Below the pieces are notes generated by a model. The model did not search any database and was not told where the DNA came from. It saw only the letters and a program-made list of their open reading frames with translations. Positions 7,222-15,432 of a stretch of 36,865 nt of DNA are shown here, one piece after another (within the stretch, counting starts at the first letter, position 1; each line of letters starts with the position of its first letter). This stretch comes from a virus (lineage: Duplodnaviria > Caudoviricetes). The position numbers were made by a program, and so were the translations under genes. Location: the IMG/VR virus record IMGVR_UViG_3300044522_000791, positions 1-36,865 of that record. One strand, given 5' to 3'.

Positions 7222-7284
7222 ATTTAATTAATTTAATTAAAAAAATAAATTAAATTAATTTATAAAAATTTTATTATATTTGCA

Positions 7285-7346
7285 TTGATTCATAGATTAA
7301 CGGTTAACAGGTTTCCCCCCTTTCTTTCTAGTTAGGGGGCTTTTTT
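7285..7346 (+). ncRNA. candidate ~60-nt small RNA
   Basis: TATATTTG at 7275-7282, no ORF, then CCCCCT/AGGGGG hairpin (7316-7339) with a U-tract only on the + strand; both flanking genes are on the - strand. Confidence 0.5.
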
Positions 7347-7857
7347 ATATTTCATGTTCAAGATATTCTAAAAGAATAGATGGTATTCTTCGTTTTTCTT
7401 CTTTTGCAATACTTGGATACATATCTGCAAACTTTTCTATTATTTCATCAAAGCAATGCATATCAACAATATCAAGTGTTTTATTATCCATATTTGTATG
7501 ACATGAATTACCATAAAAACAAAGTTCTATAAAGTTTTTAGGATGATTAGCAACAGACGGGAAATATGCTTTTGGTAAAATATGAGCTATGCTAAAATGA
7601 AATTTTTCATCATCATTTTTAGAAGAAGGGTTACCACAATGGGAACATATTCCTTTCATTTCTTTTCTTCGTTCTTTAAACCAATCCCATAATTCTTCTT
7701 TACTTCCATCTATAGATTCGTTTCTATATTTAATAACTCTTTTGGCAGTATCTTCAATGGTAGCATGAGCCTTACACCTTCCTTTGCTAAAATTATAATC
7801 AAAACATCCGCATAATAATTTTTTCTTTCTAGTTATTATTGTACTGTTATATGCCAT
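7345..7857 (-). CDS. HNH/NinG-like nuclease
   Basis: CSHCG...AHILPK...NFIELC...CHTNMD pattern. Confidence 0.65.
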   Translation of the reverse strand: MAYNSTIITRKKKLLCGCFDYNFSKGRCKAHATIEDTAKRVIKYRNESIDGSKEELWDWFKERRKEMKGICSHCGNPSSKNDDEKFHFSIAHILPKAYFPSVANHPKNFIELCFYGNSCHTNMDNKTLDIVDMHCFDEIIEKFADMYPSIAKEEKRRIPSILLEYLEHEI

Positions 7858-7866
7858 ATTTTTAAT

Positions 7867-8043
7867 TTATTCGTAATAATCAAATGCTATTATTTCTTCT
7901 TTTTCGTTTCTTTTATTTTTAATATATTCTGCAAAACATTTTTTACACCTAGCGACCCTACCATCAGATGATCTAACATCTCTGCTGTAATCAGTTATTT
8001 TCTTTATTGTCTTGCATTTTGTGCACTTCTTTTGCATCTTCAT
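7867..8043 (-). CDS. small zinc-finger protein, 58 aa (not in ORF track)
   Basis: MKMQKKCTKCKTIKKITDYSRDVRSSDGRVARCKKCFAEY...; same CxxC..CxxC type as the N-terminus of 2206-2613. Confidence 0.7.
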   Translation of the reverse strand: MKMQKKCTKCKTIKKITDYSRDVRSSDGRVARCKKCFAEYIKNKRNEKEEIIAFDYYE

Positions 8044-8164
8044 TTAATTTGTGTAATTTTTTATTTATGTATTTATATTTACCAATATATTTGCCTTCCT
8101 TTGTAACCTCAATAATCATATTAAGCCTTTCAGCCATTTCATATATGAGTTTTTTATTTTCCAT
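7991..8164 (-). CDS. hypothetical protein, 57 aa (not in ORF track)
   Basis: MENKKLIYEMAERLNMIIEVTKEGKYIGKYKY...; starts directly after a TAATTTTG element. Confidence 0.6.
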   Translation of the reverse strand: MENKKLIYEMAERLNMIIEVTKEGKYIGKYKYINKKLHKLNEDAKEVHKMQDNKENN

Positions 8165-8168
8165 TTTA

Positions 8169-8176
8169 CAAAATTA
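8169..8176 (-). promoter_or_regulatory. -7 promoter element TAATTTTG (minus strand)
   Basis: TAnnTTTG only 4 nt before ATG 8164. Confidence 0.55.
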
Positions 8177-8270
8177 TATTAATATTTTTAAATAAACAAA
8201 ACTATGTTTATAAAAAATAAATTTTATTATATAAACTTTTATCACTTACTTTGCTTCAAACAAACAAAAT

Positions 8271-8471
8271 ATGAAAAAGGACAGCAACATAAAGGATCAT
8301 ATCCTTATGCACTTACAAGAAATAGAAAGACCAATGAGTTGGTTATCAAGGAAAACCGAAATACCATATGGGACTTTGTATGCCATATTCATACAAAGAA
8401 TTATGAATTTATCAGATAAGTATTTGGTGAAGATTAATAAGGTTTTAGGTACAGATTTCAATAACGACTAA
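8271..8471 (+). CDS. Cro/CI-like helix-turn-helix regulator
   Basis: PMSWLSRKTEIPYGTLYAIF HTH pattern, 66 aa, at the divergence point before the replication genes. Confidence 0.75.
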   Translation: MKKDSNIKDHILMHLQEIERPMSWLSRKTEIPYGTLYAIFIQRIMNLSDKYLVKINKVLGTDFNND

Positions 8472-8481
8472 ATTAACTTAA

Positions 8482-9261
8482 ATGGCTCGCCCAATTAAAA
8501 ACTATTGTGATTATTTTCCTCATGATAGAGATATGAGAAATCATAGGAAAGTTAAAGCCATAAGAACAAAATATGGCATTATAGGATATGCTGTTTGGTC
8601 TATGATACTTGAATATTTAACAGGAATAGATGGTAATGTTTTTGAGTATTCAGACGTAGAATTAGAATTAATGGCCGGTGACTTCGGAGTTTCTGCTACA
8701 GAAATACGGGACGTACTGGATTACTGTATCAAACTGGAGATGTTATTCCTAAATAACGGGTTTATTAGCTCAGAATCGCTTGATGAAAGGTTAAAACCGG
8801 TATATGAGAAAAGAGGCAAGAGTAAGGATATCTGCAAGAAACAACTCCGTATAAACGGTAAATTTACTATCAGTAATACCGTTACTAACGGAGTTTCTGT
8901 AGCAGAAACGCCGCAAAGTAAAGTAAATAAAAGTAAAGTAAATAAAACTATAGTAAATGTTGAATTTTCTTCTTTTTGGGAATTGTACGACAAAAAGGTT
9001 GGAGATCGAGAGAAATTGGAAAGGAAATGGAATTCATTTACAGATCAGGAAAGACTTGAAATTATGGAATATATTCCCAAGTACAAGCTTGTGCAGTCAG
9101 AAAAAAAATTCAGAAAAGATCCTCAAACTTTTTTTAATAACAAATCATGGCAGGATGAACTTGTTGGATTTAAGCCAGATTTGAAGGAAAATATTTTCAA
9201 AAGGCAGAATACTGAATTTGAAGAATACAAAGCCAGGATGATTGAGATTCAAAATAAATAA
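8482..9261 (+). CDS. putative replication initiator (DUF4373/Lin1244-like N-terminus)
   Basis: DYFPHD...KVKAIRTKYG..GYAVW..ILE N-terminus, QSKVNKSKVNK linker, FSSFWELYDKK..P.TFFN C-terminal domain; upstream of the helicase. Confidence 0.75.
   Translation: MARPIKNYCDYFPHDRDMRNHRKVKAIRTKYGIIGYAVWSMILEYLTGIDGNVFEYSDVELELMAGDFGVSATEIRDVLDYCIKLEMLFLNNGFISSESLDERLKPVYEKRGKSKDICKKQLRINGKFTISNTVTNGVSVAETPQSKVNKSKVNKTIVNVEFSSFWELYDKKVGDREKLERKWNSFTDQERLEIMEYIPKYKLVQSEKKFRKDPQTFFNNKSWQDELVGFKPDLKENIFKRQNTEFEEYKARMIEIQNK
8685..8908. repeat. Two copies of CGGAGTTTCTG-N3-CAGAAA (8685-8704, 8889-8908), candidate origin iterons
   Basis: 17 of 20 identical, with internal inverted repeat TTTCTG/CAGAAA, inside the initiator gene; A-rich repeat AAGTAAAGTAAATAA x2 follows. 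Confidence 0.55.
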
Positions 9262-9272
9262 AAATTTAAACG

Positions 9273-11129
9273 ATGATAGCTACTATTTACAAAACCATAT
9301 TTTCTAAAGAACAATTTTATATAAATGTTGAAGATGCGTTAAAGCGTATTCAAAATGGCAAAAGCAAAATTCTTGTTGAAGAAATCAGAAGCACGTTAGA
9401 CAAGGAAAAAGCAAGTAAGCTAAAAGCAAATTTACCATCCGTATGTTTCAGTGGTAAGTTTGGACCAGATCGAAAAGATGAACAACTTATCGAACATAGC
9501 GGATTTTTGGTTCTAGATTTCGATAACATTTACGAATTGAGGGAAAAGCAAACTGAAATAATTTCAAAAGATTTTATTTTTGCTTGTTGGATTAGCCCAT
9601 CTGGGAATGGATTAAAAGCTTTGGTAAAAATTGCAGATGGCACAAAGCACAGAGAGCATTTCCAATCATTGCAAGAAGTTTTCCCTGAAATCGACAGAAG
9701 CGGAATTAACGTAAGCAGGGTTTGTTACGAAAGTTATGATCCTGAAATTTACATAAATCACAAAGCTGTAGTATTCACAAAAGCTAAAAAAACCGAGAAG
9801 CAAATTGTAACTCAAGTTCAAAATTTAGATGACTCCGAAAACTTTCGTAGAATTTTAAAGTGGCTTACGAATAAAAACGATGCTTTTGTGACTGGTGAAC
9901 GTAATTCTTACATTTTTAAGCTAGCATCTGCATGCTCTAGATTCGGAATCGACGAGGAGGCCGCTTTAAGCCTCATAGCGACCGAGTATTTAGTAAGCAA
10001 TGACTTTACTATGTCAGAGATGAGGAACGCCGTAAAGAGCGGATATAGGGCAAATAGGGGTAGTTTTGGAACGGCTATCATGCAAAAAGAGAACTTGGTG
10101 CATAAAACCACCAGATACGAGATAAATGTAAAACAGGAGTTTACTGAAGAAAAAGATGAAAATTACAGGGTAGATGATGTTATTTACGGGATAGATGTTA
10201 AGGATAAAGCCTTAAGTATAAACGAAAATGGTTTTGAGAGAGTAAATGGCATTGGAGTGCCAGAAATTGATTATTTGTTCAAGCCAAAAAGAGGGGAAAC
10301 AACACTTCTTACTGGTATTGGAAACTATGGCAAAAGTGCTTTTAAAAAGTGGTATATTCTGATGAGAATTTTATTATACGGAGAAAAAATAGCTACTTTT
10401 TCACCGGAAGATGTTCCGTCTGAAGAATATTTTCATGATTACGTAGAAATGCTTTTAGGATGTGAGTGTACACCTTACAATCCTAATAGGCCATCAAATT
10501 CTGTTTATGAAGCAGCTTATGATTATCTTTCTAAACATATTTTTTACATAAGCGCAGAAACATTATCACCAACTCCTCAGTACATAAAAGAGAAATTTTT
10601 AGAACTAATTATTCAAGAAAAGATAGATTTTTGTTGTATAGATCCATTTAATCAGCTTACGAATGATTACAAGGGTTTTGGAGGCAGAACTGATAAATAT
10701 TTAGAAACATTTTTATCAGATTGTTCCAGATTTGCTCAAAAAAATGACGTGTATTTTTGGATAATTGCGCATCCAAAACAGATGGATAAAGATTCTACTG
10801 GAAACTACAAATGCCCTGATGTATTCGATATTGCTGATGGCGCTATGTGGAATAATAAATTGAGCAATATATTGGTTTATCACAGACCTTTTGCGCAGAC
10901 AGATCCACAGAATCCAATGGCTGATTTATATACTAAAAAGGTTAAGAAAAAGAATGTTGGAAGAAGGGGATTTATGTCTATGGAATATGTATGGAAAAGC
11001 AGAAGGTTTTTTATTGGTGGAATTGATATTACACAGGTTATTTTAAATAAAATGAATATTGATTTTTGGAAACAACAAACAGCAAATCAATCATGGATTC
11101 CTTATAAAGATGTTGACGATATTTTTTAA
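9273..11129 (+). CDS. primase-helicase: BT4734/VirE-N-like domain, PriCT-1-like domain, SF4 (DnaB/Twinkle-like) helicase
   Basis: LPSVCFSG, HSGFLVLDFD, SPSGNGLK; GERNSYIFKLA; Walker A TGIGNYGKS, Walker B CIDPFN, IIAHP. Confidence 0.85.
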   Translation: MIATIYKTIFSKEQFYINVEDALKRIQNGKSKILVEEIRSTLDKEKASKLKANLPSVCFSGKFGPDRKDEQLIEHSGFLVLDFDNIYELREKQTEIISKDFIFACWISPSGNGLKALVKIADGTKHREHFQSLQEVFPEIDRSGINVSRVCYESYDPEIYINHKAVVFTKAKKTEKQIVTQVQNLDDSENFRRILKWLTNKNDAFVTGERNSYIFKLASACSRFGIDEEAALSLIATEYLVSNDFTMSEMRNAVKSGYRANRGSFGTAIMQKENLVHKTTRYEINVKQEFTEEKDENYRVDDVIYGIDVKDKALSINENGFERVNGIGVPEIDYLFKPKRGETTLLTGIGNYGKSAFKKWYILMRILLYGEKIATFSPEDVPSEEYFHDYVEMLLGCECTPYNPNRPSNSVYEAAYDYLSKHIFYISAETLSPTPQYIKEKFLELIIQEKIDFCCIDPFNQLTNDYKGFGGRTDKYLETFLSDCSRFAQKNDVYFWIIAHPKQMDKDSTGNYKCPDVFDIADGAMWNNKLSNILVYHRPFAQTDPQNPMADLYTKKVKKKNVGRRGFMSMEYVWKSRRFFIGGIDITQVILNKMNIDFWKQQTANQSWIPYKDVDDIF

Positions 11130-11146
11130 TATAAAACAAACAAACA

Positions 11147-11545
11147 ATGATCAAAATGCAATTAATTGGACATTTGGGCCAAGATGCGGTAGTAAACAAT
11201 GTAAATGGTAAAACTGTAATTAACTTTTCTGTTGCTCATTCTGAAAAATTTAAAAACAAAGAAGGGGTAGAAGTAAACAAAAGTGTATGGGTTTCGGCAG
11301 CTTATTGGACAGATCGTACAGCTGTGGCTCCTTATTTGAAAAAAGGATCTCAAGTTTATGTAGAAGGAAGTCCTGAAGCTAAAACTTATAGAAATCAAAA
11401 TACAAATGAAGTTATGCCTCAATTGTCTTTAAGAGTTACTAGTATTCAGCTAATTGGAGGTTCAAAACAAAGTAATACAGAGCCTCAAAGTGACTTTATT
11501 TCTCAACCAAATGGATTCGAATTAACTGAAGAACAACCTATTTAA
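11147..11545 (+). CDS. ssb: single-stranded DNA-binding protein
   Basis: LIGHLGQD, NFSVA, YLKKGSQVYVEG OB-fold motifs; acidic tail ending EEQPI. Confidence 0.95.
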   Translation: MIKMQLIGHLGQDAVVNNVNGKTVINFSVAHSEKFKNKEGVEVNKSVWVSAAYWTDRTAVAPYLKKGSQVYVEGSPEAKTYRNQNTNEVMPQLSLRVTSIQLIGGSKQSNTEPQSDFISQPNGFELTEEQPI

Positions 11546-11567
11546 TATGAATTATTTTGTTAATTAT

Positions 11568-11597
11568 AGTTGGAGTGGTATATTTACTACTCCAACT
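11568..11597. other. 13-bp stem-loop downstream of ssb
   Basis: AGTTGGAGTGGTA-TATT-TACTACTCCAACT with one G-U pair; no good U-tract. Confidence 0.55.
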
Positions 11598-11625
11598 TAT
11601 TCGATAATTATAAAAAAGGTTTAAA

Positions 11626-11745
11626 ATGGCAAAGCTTACAAATTCAAGCAAAATTACTTTTGGCAAACAAAAAACAGGAAGAGCTAAAAAATCTTATAAC
11701 AAACATAGTCCTAGACCAAAGCCATATAAAGGCCAAGGAAGATAA
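11626..11745 (+). CDS. small basic protein, 39 aa, ending YKGQGR (not in ORF track)
   Basis: MAKLTNSSKITFGKQKTGRAKKSYNKHSPRPKPYKGQGR; the C-terminal Y(R/K)GQGR is recurrent in small phage proteins. Confidence 0.75.
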   Translation: MAKLTNSSKITFGKQKTGRAKKSYNKHSPRPKPYKGQGR

Positions 11746-11754
11746 ACATAAAAT

Positions 11755-11895
11755 ATGAATAATAAAGCCGCTAAAAAGCTAAGAAGATTAGCAGTTACTT
11801 TTGCTACTATGAATGGGCAAACTTTAGAGCAGTCAAAAGTTATATACAAAAGATTAAAAGAAGTGCATAAAGAAAACAAAAAAGCCCCTCGTTAA
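11755..11895 (+). CDS. small basic protein, 46 aa (not in ORF track)
   Basis: MNNKAAKKLRRLAVTFATMNGQTLEQSKVIYKRLKEVHKENKKAPR with A-rich leader. Confidence 0.7.
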   Translation: MNNKAAKKLRRLAVTFATMNGQTLEQSKVIYKRLKEVHKENKKAPR

Positions 11896-11907
11896 AAGGG
11901 GCTATTT
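11878..11907. terminator. bidirectional terminator between convergent genes
   Basis: AAAAA-AGCCCCT-cgttaaa-AGGGGCT-ATTT. Confidence 0.75.
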
Positions 11908-11909
11908 CA

Positions 11910-12155
11910 CTAAGCTAGTGCAGCATTTGCTGCTGTAAGAACTTGGTTAACTGTAGAAGTTACAAGGTAACCTGTACTTCTTTGATTTAAACCGCTTGGA
12001 GGTACAACGATAAGTGCGTTAGCTTGTACTCCATTTACTTCTTGGTCAACTGGTGAAACCACAATACCAGTAGATGGTAATGCAAATACTGTTCCTCCTG
12101 TTGGTTGCGCATACTGATTTACTTGTAAAACCGTTGCTGCGAAAATGTTTGCCAT
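11910..12155 (-). CDS. hypothetical protein, possibly a virion decoration protein
   Basis: 81 aa, almost uncharged, A/V/T-rich, with its own promoter and terminator. Confidence 0.75.
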   Translation of the reverse strand: MANIFAATVLQVNQYAQPTGGTVFALPSTGIVVSPVDQEVNGVQANALIVVPPSGLNQRSTGYLVTSTVNQVLTAANAALA

Positions 12156-12196
12156 TTTTTTTTGTTTTAATTGTTATAAATATATGATTGGCATAA

Positions 12197-12240
12197 CAAA
12201 TATAATAAATTTTATTATGACTTTTAAATCGTTAACTTTG
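12197..12240. promoter_or_regulatory. Divergent -7 elements: TATATTTG (-, 12197-12204) and TAACTTTG (+, 12233-12240)
   Basis: TAnnTTTG matches, each facing its own gene. Confidence 0.65.
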
Positions 12241-12265
12241 TTAAATTAATAAAATTAATTAAATT

Positions 12266-12964
12266 ATGAAATTAATAGCTCCTTCAAATAGGGTTATAGT
12301 AAAAGTGGATTTAGAAAGTAAGAATAGCCATACATTTAAAGATGGCACTAAAATAAGATTAGAAAGGGTGTATGATAATTTTAACATGAGATATGTTAAA
12401 CCAGTAAACGCAATAGTGGTAAATGCTAAAAATATACCAGAAGGTGCGGAAATATTAATTCATCATAACTCTACTCATGACACTTATAGGATTTTTAATT
12501 ACAAAAGTTTTACGGAAGATGCATCATCTGATATTAAGTATTACTCAATTCCTATGGAAGAATGTTTTTTATGGAGAAAAAAATCAAAAGATTCTTGGAA
12601 GCCATTGAATAATTTTATAACAGCATTAAGAATATTTCAACCTTATACTGGATTTTTAGAAGGAATAACTCCTACAGTAATAAAAGATAAATTGTATATT
12701 ACAAGCGGAGAATTAAAAGGAAATGTTTGCGAAGTTTTAAAAGCTACAGATTATCAGATTATATTTCAAGGAGATGATGGGGTAGAAGAGAATATTATTA
12801 GATTAAGACATTTTGAAGATGGGTATAATGACAGAGAAGAAGTAATAGCTATTAATCATGAATTAACAGAGATGGTTATTAATGGAAATATATTAGTTGG
12901 AATTACACCAGCAGATGCAACAAAATTAGTAACACTTTCAAATCCAAATTTAGTATGTCTTTAG
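12266..12964 (+). CDS. GroES-like (co-chaperonin-fold) extended protein
   Basis: MKLIAPSNRVIVKV...DGTKI...AIVV...EGAEILIH resembles the cpn10 N-terminus; about twice normal length. Confidence 0.5.
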   Translation: MKLIAPSNRVIVKVDLESKNSHTFKDGTKIRLERVYDNFNMRYVKPVNAIVVNAKNIPEGAEILIHHNSTHDTYRIFNYKSFTEDASSDIKYYSIPMEECFLWRKKSKDSWKPLNNFITALRIFQPYTGFLEGITPTVIKDKLYITSGELKGNVCEVLKATDYQIIFQGDDGVEENIIRLRHFEDGYNDREEVIAINHELTEMVINGNILVGITPADATKLVTLSNPNLVCL

Positions 12965-13329
12965 AAGATAATTTATTAAAACAAGTTGCTTTTTTAGAAG
13001 GCAAATTAGCTTTTTATGAAAATGATGGAGTTGGTAAATTATATCATGCTCTTAATAGAAAGGCTAATGAAATGGCAGATTTACTTAATAATAATGATCT
13101 TACTAAAGTTCAAATGGATGAACCTAAAGATAAGACATTTGAAAGGTTGCAAAAAATATGGTCTGATGCAGAAGGAGTATCAAATGCTATTAAATCACTT
13201 GGCGTATTGGCTGGCATAAATCAAGGCCCTATTGATATAAAAAAGGAAATGCAAGTATCTAGAAAGCCATTTTCACCAGAAAGTGTTGCAGACGCAGTTG
13301 GAGAATTAGCTGGTGGTAAAACAAGATAA
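12955..13329 (+). CDS. hypothetical helical protein, positional candidate for terminase small subunit
   Basis: Directly upstream of terL. Confidence 0.55.
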   Translation: MSLEDNLLKQVAFLEGKLAFYENDGVGKLYHALNRKANEMADLLNNNDLTKVQMDEPKDKTFERLQKIWSDAEGVSNAIKSLGVLAGINQGPIDIKKEMQVSRKPFSPESVADAVGELAGGKTR

Positions 13330-13331
13330 TT

Positions 13332-15371
13332 ATGTACGAAAAAATAGAAGGAGGATCAGTTGTTAATATTCAAGGACTAGATTGTAATCTACCCCCAGAA
13401 GGTTATGTATTTAATATAATCACAAAAAATATTGAATACAGGGGTATTTATGAAAATTCTTCTAAAAAAGAAGAACAGCATTGGAAACGAATGAATCCTC
13501 CATCTTGGTATTCTGAAACTATTAAAAATTGGGATAATTACGAAAAGAAAAGAAAAGAAGAAGATCCTGAATTTTATGATGATAAATTAGAAGAATTTAA
13601 AAAGCAAGAATGGGATAGAAGGTTAAATGGTTTTTGGTATAGAAATAATGGAACACCTGTTTATTTAACTGGGATGCATTATTTATATTTGCAATGGTGG
13701 AGCATAGATATTGGTTATCCTAAGTTTAGGATGCCTGATTTGGAAAAGTTTTATTTTATGCAATATTGCATAGAAGATCCATTGTGCATGGGTATGCTAG
13801 AAGTTACAAAAAGACGTTTTGGTAAGTCATTTGTGGCTGGCTTATTTGTTACAGAGTATATATCAAGGACTAAAATGACAAATGGAGGTATCCAATCTAA
13901 AACAGGATCTGATGCTAAAAAGTTTTTTAGTAAAACAGTTGTGAATCCATTTAGAAGGCTTCCTAAATTTTTTAGACCAGAATATGACACTTCATTAGGC
14001 CCTAATCCTAAGTCTGAAATGCGTTTTCAAAAAACAAACGTAAGGGGTAAGAAGTCAGATGATAGTATAGATAAAGATGAATTAGGATCTGTAATTGATC
14101 ATCAATCTGCTGATACAGTAGCATATGATGGACAAAAATTACATAGATATGTGGCTGATGAGTGTGGAAAGACAACCGAGGTCAATGTGTATGACAGGCA
14201 CGAGGTTGTGCGTTATTGTTTACTAGATGACGAAGGTCAGATTATTGGTAAAGCTCTTTATACTACAACGGTAGAGAAGCTTAGTACCGAAAAAGATGGT
14301 GTTCAACAAGCATTTAAGCAATTGTGGGAAGAAAGCAATCAAGAGAAAAAAGAAGATGGAACTACCCCAAGTGGACTTTATAGATTTTTCATGTCAGCCA
14401 AGAAAACTAGAAATTTTAATGATTTTGGTTATCCAGACGAAATAAAGACATTAGATATTATACTAGCAGATAGAGCTAAAATTAAAAACCCTAGATCATT
14501 ATCTGCTCGTATAAGAAAAGAGCCATTAACGATAGATGAAGCATTTAGTACAGATGCTGATGGATGTATTTTTAATGTAATTAATATAGGGGAAAGAGAG
14601 GCTTATTTAAAGCAAAATCCAGTAATAAAAAGACATGTTTTATTCTATAGAGATATAGACCAAACAGTTAGATGGAGAAAAATTACAGATAAGGAAGAAG
14701 ATTTTCATTGGGTTATTACTCAATTCCCAAAACAAGGAGAAGAAAATAAGCATAAATATGACATTAAAAATAGAAAGCCGGACAGAACAGAGGATGGCGC
14801 AATAGCCGTAGATGGATATAGCAATAGTCAGGGAGGTAAATTTGGATCAAAAGCATCTGCGTGGGTAGGCAGAAGATACAATATGTTAGATCCAGATAAT
14901 ACAGGAAAGGCAATTGGGCATCTTTATGGTAGACCTCAAGTAAAAGAAACTCTTCATGAACAAGTCATGCTTGCGGCTGAGTTTTATGGTTATCAGGTAT
15001 GGTATGAACATAATAGTGATGATTATTTGTCTTATTTCAGAGAAAGGGGAAGAATATTATATTTAGGATTGTATCCTATGGGGGTAATAGATCCGACAAA
15101 AAGAGATTCAGAGAGGTATAAGGGTTTCCCAACAACTCCTTTTAGTCTTACAAAACAGGCAGATGTTGGTATAATGTATTTTGAATATCATATAAATTCA
15201 ATAGATTTTGAAAATTTATTAGAAGATGCTAAAAAATTTGATCCTAATAATAGAACCGAATTTGACCAAACTGTATCATTTTTAATGTTAATAGTGTGTT
15301 TAATGGAGCCTATTAGGGCAAAAGTTAAAGTAGAGCCATTGGTTAAAAATTACTCTCCTATTTTATCTTAA
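13332..15371 (+). CDS. terL: terminase large subunit
   Basis: Walker A-like KRRFGKS, Walker B YVADECGK, TTT coupling motif, nuclease IAVD and YEHN; precedes the portal. Confidence 0.88.
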   Translation: MYEKIEGGSVVNIQGLDCNLPPEGYVFNIITKNIEYRGIYENSSKKEEQHWKRMNPPSWYSETIKNWDNYEKKRKEEDPEFYDDKLEEFKKQEWDRRLNGFWYRNNGTPVYLTGMHYLYLQWWSIDIGYPKFRMPDLEKFYFMQYCIEDPLCMGMLEVTKRRFGKSFVAGLFVTEYISRTKMTNGGIQSKTGSDAKKFFSKTVVNPFRRLPKFFRPEYDTSLGPNPKSEMRFQKTNVRGKKSDDSIDKDELGSVIDHQSADTVAYDGQKLHRYVADECGKTTEVNVYDRHEVVRYCLLDDEGQIIGKALYTTTVEKLSTEKDGVQQAFKQLWEESNQEKKEDGTTPSGLYRFFMSAKKTRNFNDFGYPDEIKTLDIILADRAKIKNPRSLSARIRKEPLTIDEAFSTDADGCIFNVINIGEREAYLKQNPVIKRHVLFYRDIDQTVRWRKITDKEEDFHWVITQFPKQGEENKHKYDIKNRKPDRTEDGAIAVDGYSNSQGGKFGSKASAWVGRRYNMLDPDNTGKAIGHLYGRPQVKETLHEQVMLAAEFYGYQVWYEHNSDDYLSYFRERGRILYLGLYPMGVIDPTKRDSERYKGFPTTPFSLTKQADVGIMYFEYHINSIDFENLLEDAKKFDPNNRTEFDQTVSFLMLIVCLMEPIRAKVKVEPLVKNYSPILS

Positions 15372-15403
15372 TTAAATTTTTTAATAAATTTCTTATTATT
15401 TAG

Positions 15404-15411
15404 TATATTTG
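15404..15411 (+). promoter_or_regulatory. -7 promoter element TATATTTG
   Basis: Intergenic, upstream of the portal gene. Confidence 0.6.
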
Positions 15412-15432
15412 ACCTAATAAAATTGATAAAAA

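Noticed and set aside
8007-8419. ORFs 8007-8195 and 8204-8419
   Set aside because: The first is antisense to two hand-identified minus-strand genes; the second overlaps the HTH gene out of frame and spans its promoter region.
11570-11758. 62-aa ORF from the track
   Set aside because: TTG start buried in a hairpin; the overlapping frame 11626-11745 has a proper ATG, leader and recognisable motif.
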